Assembly: GCA_009783085.1 (NCBI GenBank) | Contig: WRHU01000001.1 | Location: 128,196-192,195, forward strand | Reading direction: 5' to 3' | From: Coriobacteriia bacterium | GTDB taxonomy: Bacteria; Actinomycetota; Coriobacteriia; Coriobacteriales; UBA8131 | DNA: 64,000 bases | In this document: piece by piece, positions 31,286 through 41,122 of the stretch | Numbering within the stretch: position 1 is the first letter of the stretch | Layout: each line of letters begins with the position of its first letter | Program-made: the position numbers and the translations under genes | Notes under the pieces: model-generated | The model's database searches: none | Told to the model about the DNA's origin: nothing | The model's input: the letters and a program-made list of their open reading frames with translations, nothing else

Positions 31286-31508
31286 GCTTTCTAGGAGCGG
31301 TCATACGACGCTGCCCCATGGCATATTCCTCCCCGATATGCTAGATATATTGTACGCCCCTTTTTGTGGAAAAAGACTTCAAGTTTAGGTGGTTTATCTG
31401 GACAAACGGCACTAAGCCTAAGGGCAGAATGCCCAAAAGTTTGCCGATTGGGGCTCTTAATTTAGACTTTTATTTGCGGGTATTATTTGCGAGTGCTTTT
31501 TGCAGGTA

Positions 31509-32000
31509 TTAGCCGTTGGCAAAACGTGAGCGCAAGGCAGCTTCTACCTCTGGGGGAACCCAGGCGGCAATGGAGCCTTGCAGAGCGGCCACCTCTTTGA
31601 CCATTGACGAGGAAAGATACATATTGGCGGGGTTAGACATGATAAAGACTGTTTCGAGCTCTGGGTTAAGCTGATAGTTGATAGATGCCTGCTGGAACTC
31701 ACTCTCAAAATCAGTAACAACACGCAAGCCTTTAACAATAGCCTGCGCCCCCACCTCAACGGCAAAGTCAACCAAGAGTTTGCTAAAAGATTCCACACGT
31801 ACCGTGTTTAAGTGCTTGGTCGCCTGCTCAATAAAAGCCACACGCTCCTCAAGATTAAACAAGGGGCCACGACCGTTCTTTGAAGGTGAAGCAGCAACTC
31901 CCACAACAATTTTGTCAAAAATCTGGGTGGAGCGCTCAATAATATCAAGATGACCATTAGTTACCGGGTCATAGGTTCCAGGGATAAGAGCTGTAGCCAT
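31509..32000 (-). CDS. coaD: Phosphopantetheine adenylyltransferase
   Basis: IPGTYDPVTNGHLDII (T/HxGH motif), about 163 aa. ATG 32000 is preceded by AAAGGA. The longer ORF to 32060 is rejected. Confidence 0.95.
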   Translation of the reverse strand: MATALIPGTYDPVTNGHLDIIERSTQIFDKIVVGVAASPSKNGRGPLFNLEERVAFIEQATKHLNTVRVESFSKLLVDFAVEVGAQAIVKGLRVVTDFESEFQQASINYQLNPELETVFIMSNPANMYLSSSMVKEVAALQGSIAAWVPPEVEAALRSRFANG

Positions 32001-32047
32001 GCCAGAAGTCCTTTCTGCTTGCAAGCGTGTGCAATACGTAAGATAAG

Positions 32048-32662
32048 CTAAGGTGCACAATACCGCAGATAGTCAAGTGCTATTGTGCCGTATTTTTTTT
32101 GTGCTTCCAGTATAAACGAAGTATGAGCTTCGTGTGTAGAGTTCAGGTTTTGCTCGAAGATGTGAGCTTTGGCAGCGGCAGGGCGCTCATAACTGATAAG
32201 GCAACCCTTTGAAAGTCCGCCCTCTTGAGCAAGGCTGGTGAGCAAAGCTTCAATTTTTGCTGGTGGGGTGTCATAGGGAGGGTCAAGAATAACCAAGTCA
32301 AACGGACCCTTTTGCGCAAGAATTTCAATGGTTTTGGGCTTGAGGCTGTCGATATTAGTGCCTTGCGCGCGAGCTTCATCGTCAAGTCCTAAGGTTTTAA
32401 GATTGTTTCGCAGTGTTGCAAGCGCACGATGATTGTTTTCGCAAAAGACCACTTGCTGCGCTCCGCGCGACAAAGCCTCGATTCCCAGTGCACCACTTCC
32501 CGCAAAGGCATCAAGCACGCTCGCTCCCTCAAAACCATTCGGCAAAAGGTTCTCGACCGTACTTGCCCACGCCTCGCGTACTCTATCGGTAGTGGGACGC
32601 GTACTTTTTGAGGGCACTGCCTCGAGCTTTCTGCCGCCGAACACCCCCGCAATTACCCGCAT
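32048..32662 (-). CDS. rsmD: 16S rRNA (guanine966-N2)-methyltransferase
   Basis: MRVIAGVFGGRKL, DAFAGSGALGIEALSRG and DPPY motifs. Confidence 0.9.
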   Translation of the reverse strand: MRVIAGVFGGRKLEAVPSKSTRPTTDRVREAWASTVENLLPNGFEGASVLDAFAGSGALGIEALSRGAQQVVFCENNHRALATLRNNLKTLGLDDEARAQGTNIDSLKPKTIEILAQKGPFDLVILDPPYDTPPAKIEALLTSLAQEGGLSKGCLISYERPAAAKAHIFEQNLNSTHEAHTSFILEAQKKYGTIALDYLRYCAP

Positions 32663-34938
32663 GGCTCACCATCGCTTTTAGGTATCCGCCGCAAAAGTTC
32701 ATGGGCTAAAAAGGCGTGTTCAGGCGCACTCAATTCAGGGTCATTTTTGAGGAGTGTGGAGGCCGCCTCATTTGCCTGCGTAATAAGCTCGGCATCATCG
32801 AGCACCTTAATGAGCTTTAGGGCTGCACTCCCATGTTGCCTGCTTCCCAAAACATCGCCCTCACGCCGCAGGCGTAAGTCGGCATTGGCAAGCTCAAAGC
32901 CATCAGAAATAGTTTCAAGCAGCTGCAGCCGCTTGCGTGCCTCCTCATTTTTGGTGCGGGTAACGAGGTAGAACTCGCCGTCCCACGCACCACGTCCGAT
33001 GCGGCCTCGAAGCTGATGCAGCTGCGTAATGCCAAAACGGTCGGCATCTTGCACAATCATAACGGTCGCGTTGGGCACATCAACACCAACCTCTATAACC
33101 GTTGTTGACACCAGCACGTCTATGTCTCCGTTCCTAAACGCGCTCATAGTATTTTGCTTCTCGTCAGAGGTCATACGTCCTGTCAAAAGTGCAACCGTGT
33201 GATCGGGAAACACCTTGTTTTGCAAAAAGCTCACTTCTTGCTCGGCGGCAGCAATGGCGGCTTTGTCATCGAGGGCTTCTGCATCAGTAAATAAATCTAT
33301 GAGGGGAATATCCTCTAAGCTGTTGTATTCCTGCTCGATGCTGCCTGCATCTTTTTCGATGCTTATCTGCTCGTCCACGTTTTTGAAGCTGGAAACTTCG
33401 CTTGATGCTATCAAAGGGCAAACCACATACGCCTGATGCCCCTCACGAAGCGCCTCTCGTACGGCATCATAGGCATGACCTATAAGGCTGTGGTGCACAA
33501 CAGCTGTGCTCGTTTTAGAAGTACGGTGACTCGTACGAAGATAGGTAGGTGAAAGATCGCCGTATAGCACCAAGGCAAGCGAGCGAGGAATGGGTGTTGC
33601 CGTCATCATAAGGGCATCGCAACCTGCACCCTTGGCACGCAGGGCAGCACGTTGGTCAACGCCAAAACGGTGTTGTTCGTCAATAACCGTCAACGAAAGA
33701 TTCTTGAAAATAACGTCTGGCTCTAACAACGCATGTGTGCCAAACACAACCGTCAGCTCTCCAGATTTCAGCTGCGCAAGGAGGTCACGCCGAGCTTGGG
33801 GAGTAACCGACGAAGTCAACTGCGCCCACGGAATGCCCAGCTCGTCAAAAAGAGGCCCGAGCTTAAGCGCATATTGCTGAACCAGCACCTCAGTTGGTGC
33901 CATCATGGCAGCTTGAAAACCCGAGTCAAAAACGATCGCAAGCGCAAACGCCGCCACAATGGTTTTGCCTGAACCAACATCGCCCAATAAAAGACGGTTC
34001 ATAACATTGGACTGCGCCATGTCGCCGGCTATCTCTTTGATAGCGGCTTCTTGGTCGGGACTCAAGGTAAAGGGCAAGAGCGTTTTGAGGCGAGCAAACG
34101 CTGTAGAGCCTGTTGTATGAGTGCGGGGAGTTGCACTGATGTTTTGTTGAGCGCGCAGGCGCTTGAAATACAGCATAAGATAGAAAACTTCGTCAAAGGC
34201 CAAGCGCCTGCGCGCTTCGCCCCGTGCGTCTTGAGAGCTTGGTTGGTGTATGTCGCGCAGTGCGCCTTGAAAAGACGCAAGTCCCAAATCGCGGCGCAGC
34301 TGAGGCGGCAGAGGGTCAAACGGTGCTGGGGCTTGTCCAAGTACTGTTTTTACCAACCGTGCGACCCATGAGCTGGTAATCCCCGCATTTGCGTGATAGA
34401 CCGGAAGTATAGAACCTGCCTGCGCCTTGACCTCCGGTGAGCTTAGGCTCTCCGCATCTAATCCATCGTCCTCGCCAAGCACCGTAAGGAGCGGATTCGT
34501 CATGCGCTTGTAGCCGTATGAGTGTTCAACTTTGCCCCGCAAAAATACGGGTGTTCCTGCTGCCAAGCTCTTGTTCAGCCACGGCTGATTAAACCACGTA
34601 GCGTACAACACGCTCGTGCCATCTAAAACAGAAACCTCTACAAGACTAAGTTTAGGACGGGGCTTTTTAATTTTTACCTCATCTATGCGCCCAAAAATGC
34701 TGACGTTTTCTCCCAGTGGTGCTTCTCGTATTGAAACCACATCAGAAAAATCGTCATAGCGAAAAGGATAGTGAAAGAGCAAGTCGCCTACGGTGTGAAT
34801 GCCCAGCTCTTTGAGCGCCTCAAGGCGTTTGCCACTTGCGTAGCGTACGGCAGAAACTGGTTTATCGAGCGCAAGCGTTTGGGCGGTTCGGCTCGCAAGG
34901 CCATTGGTCTTTTGTCCTGTTGCAGCTTGCTGCGTCAT
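32653..34938 (-). CDS. recG: ATP-dependent DNA helicase RecG
   Basis: Wedge/OB N-terminus, helicase motifs GDVGSGKT, DEQHRFG and TATPIPR, and motif VI QLHQLRGRIGRG. Confidence 0.95.
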   Translation of the reverse strand: MTQQAATGQKTNGLASRTAQTLALDKPVSAVRYASGKRLEALKELGIHTVGDLLFHYPFRYDDFSDVVSIREAPLGENVSIFGRIDEVKIKKPRPKLSLVEVSVLDGTSVLYATWFNQPWLNKSLAAGTPVFLRGKVEHSYGYKRMTNPLLTVLGEDDGLDAESLSSPEVKAQAGSILPVYHANAGITSSWVARLVKTVLGQAPAPFDPLPPQLRRDLGLASFQGALRDIHQPSSQDARGEARRRLAFDEVFYLMLYFKRLRAQQNISATPRTHTTGSTAFARLKTLLPFTLSPDQEAAIKEIAGDMAQSNVMNRLLLGDVGSGKTIVAAFALAIVFDSGFQAAMMAPTEVLVQQYALKLGPLFDELGIPWAQLTSSVTPQARRDLLAQLKSGELTVVFGTHALLEPDVIFKNLSLTVIDEQHRFGVDQRAALRAKGAGCDALMMTATPIPRSLALVLYGDLSPTYLRTSHRTSKTSTAVVHHSLIGHAYDAVREALREGHQAYVVCPLIASSEVSSFKNVDEQISIEKDAGSIEQEYNSLEDIPLIDLFTDAEALDDKAAIAAAEQEVSFLQNKVFPDHTVALLTGRMTSDEKQNTMSAFRNGDIDVLVSTTVIEVGVDVPNATVMIVQDADRFGITQLHQLRGRIGRGAWDGEFYLVTRTKNEEARKRLQLLETISDGFELANADLRLRREGDVLGSRQHGSAALKLIKVLDDAELITQANEAASTLLKNDPELSAPEHAFLAHELLRRIPKSDGEPCG

Positions 34939-34977
34939 AGGCTCTACGCCTTCTTTGATGGACGATCCATCGAGACC

Positions 34978-36630
34978 TTATTCAGCAGCCATAACTAACG
35001 GATACAAGGGCTGCTCGCCACGCTGAGCGTCAATCTCTAAGTCGGGATAGCGCTCCTCAATGCGTTCAATAAGTGCCTCAAAATCATCTTGAGCAAAATC
35101 CATACCTGCAAGCATGGTCAAAACATCGCAGTCCGCAGAAATAATCCCCACAAGCTCAAGCGCAACGTCTGAAACATCTGAACCAACAACGTCGATAGCT
35201 CCTTCGGCAATGCCAATCACATCGCCTTCTTTGATGGGTGAGCCATCGGCAGCCTTTGCATCTTTAATGGCAGTGGTAATCTCGCCGCTGCGCACCGCTT
35301 CAATTGCCTCGTTCATCAACGCAACATTCTCGTCAAGACCCTCGCCGGGGCTTGCAGCAAATAAAGCCGCAAAAGACTGGGGTACGCTTTTAGTGGGGAT
35401 AACAGCAACCGGTCTGTCGGCTACCTCGGCAGCTGCATTGGCAGCAAGGAAAATATTTTTGTTGTTCGGGAATATGATGATTTGCTCAGCATTAACAGCA
35501 GCAATGGCATCAACAAAATCTTTGGTAGAAGGGTTCATAGTCTGTCCGCCACGAACCACCAAATCAACGCCCGCACTCTCAAGAATACGCTGCGTACCCT
35601 CGCCCGCACACACGGCAATAAAGCCCAAGGGTTTTGGCGGAGTATCGGTCTGCGCTGTGCTTCCCGCTCCTCCAGCAGCAGAACCGCCCAGTTTTTCGGT
35701 ACGCTCTGCAGTTTGGAGCTGCATATTGTGGATATGCACCTCAGAAACCTGTCCACGCTCCGTCATATACGTAAGCACCGTGCCCGGATCATTGGTGTGC
35801 ACGTGTACCTTAAAATCAGGGTGAGAACCAACCAAAAGCTCACAATCTCCCAAGGTGCCCAGATAGTCGAGAGTTTCCTCACTGTCGACCTCATCGCTTC
35901 GCAGCAAAAACTCGGTGCAATAACGATATTCGCTGCCCTCCCAATCGTTGACTTGCTCAATGGCAACCTGCGGAGCAGGGCGTGTGAGCATGGCGTTATC
36001 GGGAATGGCCGTTGTGGAGCCCGTAAGAGCATCGACAAATCCTTTAATAAGTATTGCCAAGCCAAAGCCACCGGCATCAACAACTCCGTTTTCTTTAAGC
36101 ACGGGGAGCAAATCGGGCGTGCGACGCACCGAAGCAAAGGCCTCCTCAGAAACAAATAGCAGTGCCTCTTTGGCCTCGAGCTTATCTTCTGCTGCTTGAT
36201 GAGCGGCATCGGCGGTGTCGCGAAGCACGGTAAGAATAGTGCCCTCAACAGGCTTGCGTACGGCGCCAAACGCAACCTCTACAGAACGGGCAAGTGCACT
36301 GGCGATAATATCGGCATCAAAAGTATGAGGCTTGGGGTGTTGCTCAATGCCTTCGCACATACCACGCAAAATCTGCGAGGTGATAACACCAGAATTGCCG
36401 CGTGCGCCCATAAGAGAACCATGCGTAACGGCCTTATGTATCTCGGTAAGCGTGGGCTCTGAGCCCAGTTGCATAAGCTCTTGAACCACTGTTTCGAGCG
36501 TCAAGGACATATTGGTACCCGTGTCGCCGTCTGGAACGGGAAACACGTTAAGATTGTTTATCTCCTCTTTTCGCTCAGACAAAGCATGAGCACCAGCGGC
36601 GATATACGAAACAAAATCAGTTGAAATCAT
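34978..36630 (-). CDS. DAK2 (DhaL-like) domain protein, YloV family
   Basis: N-terminal LNVFPVPDGDTGTNM (DhaL motif) and 550 aa. The asp23-yloV-recG synteny matches Bacillus yloU-yloV-recG. Confidence 0.85.
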   Translation of the reverse strand: MISTDFVSYIAAGAHALSERKEEINNLNVFPVPDGDTGTNMSLTLETVVQELMQLGSEPTLTEIHKAVTHGSLMGARGNSGVITSQILRGMCEGIEQHPKPHTFDADIIASALARSVEVAFGAVRKPVEGTILTVLRDTADAAHQAAEDKLEAKEALLFVSEEAFASVRRTPDLLPVLKENGVVDAGGFGLAILIKGFVDALTGSTTAIPDNAMLTRPAPQVAIEQVNDWEGSEYRYCTEFLLRSDEVDSEETLDYLGTLGDCELLVGSHPDFKVHVHTNDPGTVLTYMTERGQVSEVHIHNMQLQTAERTEKLGGSAAGGAGSTAQTDTPPKPLGFIAVCAGEGTQRILESAGVDLVVRGGQTMNPSTKDFVDAIAAVNAEQIIIFPNNKNIFLAANAAAEVADRPVAVIPTKSVPQSFAALFAASPGEGLDENVALMNEAIEAVRSGEITTAIKDAKAADGSPIKEGDVIGIAEGAIDVVGSDVSDVALELVGIISADCDVLTMLAGMDFAQDDFEALIERIEERYPDLEIDAQRGEQPLYPLVMAAE

Positions 36631-36632
36631 AG

Positions 36633-36998
36633 TCAGTTGCTCCTGGGAACGTGGACACCCTGAACGTGTACAGACACGCCAGCGATAGTTTGGTCGGCAA
36701 GATTCTCGATAACAAAATGCACGCGATCAACGAGATTTTGCGATACCGTGGTGAGGCTAACCCCGTGTTCGATAATGATGTAGAGGTCTATAAGAAGCCC
36801 TTCGTCAGTCTTTACCGCTGTTATGCCTCGCCGTAATGCCCGTGTTGGGAGCAGCTTTGCAATGCCGTCTTGAATACTTGGAGCAGCCATTCCAACCACA
36901 CCAAAGGTTTCAAGTGCCGCATATCCTATTAAGTCGGCGATAACCCCGTCGGTTACCGTCAACGCTCCCCCTGTTACCCTGCCTGAACTTGCAGTCAT
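36633..36998 (-). CDS. Asp23/Gls24 family envelope-stress protein
   Basis: 121 aa with a pattern (VIADLIGYAALETFGVVGM) typical of Asp23. GGAGGTAATT RBS. Confidence 0.85.
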   Translation of the reverse strand: MTASSGRVTGGALTVTDGVIADLIGYAALETFGVVGMAAPSIQDGIAKLLPTRALRRGITAVKTDEGLLIDLYIIIEHGVSLTTVSQNLVDRVHFVIENLADQTIAGVSVHVQGVHVPRSN

Positions 36999-37236
36999 AA
37001 TTACCTCCGTGTTACAGAAGTTTCCCTATTTTTAATCTCTTACACACACCACGCTGAGCGCCAAGAGCTCAACGTGAGCCCCTTATTATAGCAAAGCTGC
37101 TATCATGCTTTGAGTGACACTGGTTTTCGCTTAGAAAACAAGCTGGCAGGAGTTTGTGGCAACAGTGTCCAGCCTGCCTAAGCTTTAATGAAATTTTGCA
37201 CGTATTTTTGTAGTAATTCGCTTTTGAGGAGAGAAT

Positions 37237-38160
37237 ATGCCCGATTTACACCTGCGTCTTGGCCGCGATATGCTTATTGTTGACGGTTCTTTAGAAACCA
37301 TGCTTCAACGCGCTGACATTCCCTCAGATGAGTGTGCTGCGTATCTCAATGTGCTTGACCCTGAGCTCATAGAGGACATTCATCGCCGTTACCTTATGGC
37401 AGGTGCTGCGTGTATCTCTACCAATACCTCGCAAGCTACCCGCGCTCAATTGGCGCAATTTGGGCTTGAGGAGCAGCTTGAGGAGATAAATCGAGCTGGC
37501 GTTGTGGCAGCTCGGGAGGCGGGAGCGCCCCATATTTTAGCGACAATGGGTTTTTGCTGGGAGTTGCTTGCTTTAAGCGAGCCCTGCAAACAGGACGAAA
37601 AGCAGCACTACAACCGTTGCTTTGATCACTATCTTGAACAAGCCTGCGCTCTTGTTGCAGCTGAGGTTGATGCCCTACTCATAGAGAGCAGAACCTCTCT
37701 TGATGATGCTCGGTGTGCCGTCCGTGCTGCAAGGACTGCCTGCGCTGCCATGGGAAGCATGCCTTTAGTAATTGCGAGCTGCACTTTCTTAGAAAACGGA
37801 CGTATGGCTAGCTGCGGCTCTGACGTAGCTCGTGCAGCATCTGTACTTGAGGAGGCAGGTGCTGACGTGATGGGCCTGAGCTGCATGGAGCCAGCGCACC
37901 TGATTGAGCTGATGCAGCAGCTGGCTTCTGCGACAACTTTGCCCCTCATTGCCTTGCCCAATACGGACACACCTACCCTCGATGCCAACGCCTTGGCTCA
38001 CTATTCCATTACCCCTGACGAAATAGCTTTTTATGCCGAGCAACTACACACCTGTGGGGTTCAGTTTATCGGCTCATGTTGCGGGTCAACGCCTGCCCAT
38101 ACGGGAGCTCTCTACGCTACGCTCGGCGATAGAGATGTTATTGCCCGCACAAACTCCTAG
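37237..38160 (+). CDS. Homocysteine S-methyltransferase-domain protein (stand-alone Hcy-binding domain)
   Basis: MLIVDGSLETML N-terminus and the C-terminal Zn motif IGSCCGSTPAHT, like the MetH/BHMT Hcy domain. GAGGAG RBS. Confidence 0.75.
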   Translation: MPDLHLRLGRDMLIVDGSLETMLQRADIPSDECAAYLNVLDPELIEDIHRRYLMAGAACISTNTSQATRAQLAQFGLEEQLEEINRAGVVAAREAGAPHILATMGFCWELLALSEPCKQDEKQHYNRCFDHYLEQACALVAAEVDALLIESRTSLDDARCAVRAARTACAAMGSMPLVIASCTFLENGRMASCGSDVARAASVLEEAGADVMGLSCMEPAHLIELMQQLASATTLPLIALPNTDTPTLDANALAHYSITPDEIAFYAEQLHTCGVQFIGSCCGSTPAHTGALYATLGDRDVIARTNS

Positions 38161-39167
38161 CTCAGGTAGGGCTCAAGCGCAGCAGACAAAACCTCGACGT
38201 GGGCTTGGCCCTCATTGAGGCACGGCACGTAGACAAACTCCCCTTTTTGTAGGGGCACTCCTGCCTCCGCGCAAGCGTTTTCATAGTGCAACAACAGCTC
38301 GTGGGGTATGTCATACAGCGTTTCAAGGCAATCTACCGAAAATCCTGGACAGACAAAAAACAGGCGCCCCTTTTTGTTGGCCGCTTCTTGCACAAGCGTT
38401 TCTTTGGTAAAGGGCCCGAGCCAATCTCTTCCTTTGTCAAAGCGGCACTGATAACTTGAGCTTAACTGCTCGTCTGTAATGCCCAAGGCACGCGCTACCG
38501 CAGCACTGGTTGCCTCACACTGCTGCTGATAGGTATCCCCTGCCGCTACATCAACCAAGGGTATCGAGTGGTATGAGAGAAGCAGTTTGTCGCCTTGGGC
38601 AGCGTTAAAACCAGCCTCTTGTATTGAACGAGCAAGGGCGTTTGCGTAGCTGTTCACAGCATGATAGTTGCCAATAAGTTGCCAGCTTATGTTCCAGTCA
38701 AGCTTGGCAAGTGCTGCAGCCACCGCATCCTCAACAACCTTAGTAGTCGAATGGGCGCTTTGCGGGTATAGTGGCAACACTACCAGCTTTTCGCAGCCAG
38801 CCTCACGTAAGTTTTCCAGTACAGTAGGTATGCTTGGTTCACCAAAGCTCATTGCTGAGAGAACCTGCACCTTTTCAAACCCCTCTTTTTGCAAAGACCG
38901 TTGGAGATTGGAAGCCAGAGCTTCTTGCAAAACCAGCAGCGGCGAGCCTTTATCCGTCCACACCGCCTCATATTTTGCAGCACTTACTTTTGAGCGCCGA
39001 GGCAAAATAGCAAGGCGCAAGATAAACCACCAAATAACAGGATTCATGGGAACAATGCGCTTGTCCGAGAGAAACTGTGCCAGATATTTTTTTACCGCCT
39101 GAGGCGTGGGCTCAGAGGGGGTGCCGGTGTTGGCAAGTATGATGCCGAGCTTTTCCTGCGTACTCAT
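38157..39167 (-). CDS. hemH: Ferrochelatase (possibly coproporphyrin ferrochelatase)
   Basis: N-terminus GIILANTGTPSEPT, PLYPQ and LLLSYHSIP motifs. 336 aa. Its start overlaps the upstream GNAT stop (ATGA). Confidence 0.85.
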   Translation of the reverse strand: MSTQEKLGIILANTGTPSEPTPQAVKKYLAQFLSDKRIVPMNPVIWWFILRLAILPRRSKVSAAKYEAVWTDKGSPLLVLQEALASNLQRSLQKEGFEKVQVLSAMSFGEPSIPTVLENLREAGCEKLVVLPLYPQSAHSTTKVVEDAVAAALAKLDWNISWQLIGNYHAVNSYANALARSIQEAGFNAAQGDKLLLSYHSIPLVDVAAGDTYQQQCEATSAAVARALGITDEQLSSSYQCRFDKGRDWLGPFTKETLVQEAANKKGRLFFVCPGFSVDCLETLYDIPHELLLHYENACAEAGVPLQKGEFVYVPCLNEGQAHVEVLSAALEPYLS

Positions 39168-39661
39168 GCGTCCCCTTTCGGGTGCTCAACGAGTTTTTCC
39201 ATATACACATAGTTGTAATCATCACAAATATATTCTTCGTTATAGATTTTGTAGCCGTGACGTTCGTAGAGCCGTATATTCCACACACTTTTGTTTGCGG
39301 TCATAAGCTCGTAACGGTGAGTAGGACATTCGCTCTCAATGGCATCAAGCAGCATGCTCCCGATACCTTGCTTGCGCCAGCTTGGGTGCACAAAAAGCTT
39401 TCCAACATACACGCCATTACGCACTGGCTCAGCACGCACCGAACCAATAATGTTTCCCGTGTCATCGCAAGCCTTCAAGATTACGCCCCGCGCGTACTCC
39501 GCCTGTACTTCCTCGATAGTTTGCGTCAGAGGCTGTATGGAAAAATCATGGTAAAACGCTGCCTCACTTTGATACGCCACATACTGCTGTTCAAGTATCT
39601 GCTCTAAATCCGCTTCCTCGGCGCGTTTGATGGTTACATGGGCTGCTGGTTGAGTAGACAT
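39164..39661 (-). CDS. GNAT family N-acetyltransferase
   Basis: Acetyl-CoA motif A-like VHPSWRKQGIGSMLL. 165 aa. Confidence 0.8.
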   Translation of the reverse strand: MSTQPAAHVTIKRAEEADLEQILEQQYVAYQSEAAFYHDFSIQPLTQTIEEVQAEYARGVILKACDDTGNIIGSVRAEPVRNGVYVGKLFVHPSWRKQGIGSMLLDAIESECPTHRYELMTANKSVWNIRLYERHGYKIYNEEYICDDYNYVYMEKLVEHPKGDA

Positions 39662-39682
39662 GAGCGCTTTTACCTACACTTG

Positions 39683-40228
39683 CTACGACTTCTTGCCAAG
39701 GCCGTTAAAGAAGCTTGCAATTTTTTTACGATTAAGAACAAGGTGAACTATGACAGCAACGAGCATGACCCGTGTTGCTATGCTGTGCATACGATGAAAC
39801 AGAGAGGCTCCTGAAAGCTCGCGCCCGCGCTGCAAGCCAAGACCTCTAGTCTCTGCGCCCGCATTACCGTCTGCGCCAAAGCCTTCTCCAAGTCCGCCGC
39901 CGCCAGCACCCAAGCTCTCATCAAGGCCTTCACCAAAGCCACCGGTAAGGAGCTCAGAGGTCAGCAGTCCTGTAGATGCCGCTAGGAGAAACGCGAATAA
40001 CAATACGCCATAGAGTACCAGTCGACCCTTTTTAACCTTGCTAAAGTTCTTGAGCATACTCGTTATTACGTTTATGTTGACGGTAAGATGGACTACTACC
40101 AGAAGAAAAAATAGAATGTTCACAACAAGGTGGACAGTAATGCCTGTTGCTCTGCTGAGCTGCAGCAGTAAAAACAGTGCTGCCATACAGCAGCCAAGAA
40201 TCATCTTACTTTTCATACTCATTTTCAT
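39683..40228 (-). CDS. Hypothetical integral membrane protein with Gly-rich loop (DUF4405-like?)
   Basis: Four hydrophobic helices with His-containing segments (VHLVVN, VVHLTVN, VIVHLVLN) and a central GFGEGLDESLGAGGGGLGEGFG loop. AAGGAG RBS. Confidence 0.5.
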   Translation of the reverse strand: MKMSMKSKMILGCCMAALFLLLQLSRATGITVHLVVNILFFLLVVVHLTVNINVITSMLKNFSKVKKGRLVLYGVLLFAFLLAASTGLLTSELLTGGFGEGLDESLGAGGGGLGEGFGADGNAGAETRGLGLQRGRELSGASLFHRMHSIATRVMLVAVIVHLVLNRKKIASFFNGLGKKS

Positions 40229-40232
40229 GGGA

Positions 40233-40598
40233 CTACTCCTTAATCTGTTCTTTTACGTGTTCGTGCCACTCAGGCTCCTTAAAGCCCACAAGCACAAAGT
40301 TTTTATCGACGAGCAAGGGGCGCTTGACGAGCATGCCATCGGTGGCAAGCAGCTTGAGGCATTCGTCCTCGTTCATATTTGGCAGTTTGTCTTTGAGGCC
40401 GAGCGCCTTGTACTGCAAGCCGCTCGTGTTAAAAAACTTTTTGAGCGGAAGACCGCTCGCTTCGTACCATGTTTTGAGTTCTGTGTAACGGGGATTGTTT
40501 TCTTTGATGTCACGCAGCTCGTAGTTGATGCCCTGAGCATCAAGCCACTTCTGTGCTTTTTGACACGTGGTGCACCGTGGATAGCAAACAAAAAGCAT
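40233..40598 (-). CDS. ArsC/Spx/YffB-family thioredoxin-fold protein
   Basis: MLFVCYPRCTTCQKAQKWL (CxxC near the N-terminus), LVKRP motif, about 121 aa. ATG 40598 follows GGAGG. Confidence 0.8.
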   Translation of the reverse strand: MLFVCYPRCTTCQKAQKWLDAQGINYELRDIKENNPRYTELKTWYEASGLPLKKFFNTSGLQYKALGLKDKLPNMNEDECLKLLATDGMLVKRPLLVDKNFVLVGFKEPEWHEHVKEQIKE

Positions 40599-40754
40599 GG
40601 GGAAACCTCCTGTAACGTAACGTTTTTCCAAGAAAAGCAGATATTAACAACAAGCTACTGTAATTGTAATGCAAACTTGTGCCAAGTATGGTAGACTATT
40701 GCGGTTTCGTCAAAGCCCCACTGCGACGAAAACAACAGAAAGAAAGGTTTTAAC

Positions 40755-41027
40755 GTGGCAAACATTAAGAGTCAAAAAAAGCGTAACATCACGAACGAAA
40801 AAGCTCGTCTGCGCAATCGTGCGGTCAAAAGCGAGCTCAAGACGGCAACGCGCAAGGTTAAAGATGCTGTGGAGGCTGGCGACGCCGAAGCTGCAACAAG
40901 CAGTGCTTTGGCTGCAAGTCGCTTACTTGACAAGGCAGTTTCAAAGGGTGTCATTCATAAGAATCAGGCTGCAAATCGCAAGTCTGGCGTTATGAAACTC
41001 GCTCAGAGCGTTGCAGCAAAGAAATAG
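40755..41027 (+). CDS. rpsT: 30S ribosomal protein S20
   Basis: (M)[28 protein letters not shown] start. 90 aa. Confidence 0.95.
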   Translation: MANIKSQKKRNITNEKARLRNRAVKSELKTATRKVKDAVEAGDAEAATSSALAASRLLDKAVSKGVIHKNQAANRKSGVMKLAQSVAAKK

Positions 41028-41086
41028 TTTGCTCGGCGCGCGGTAGCTGCTCTTGTACCTGCTCTGCGCATGCGCTTATTCAAACG

Positions 41087-41114
41087 AAGCGTCGGTTTAC
41101 CCGACGCTTTTTTG
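41087..41114. terminator. Rho-independent terminator shared by convergent rpsT and era
   Basis: AAGCGTCGG-TTTAC-CCGACGCTT followed by TTTTTGTTG on the plus strand. Confidence 0.8.
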
Positions 41115-41122
41115 TTGCTTGC

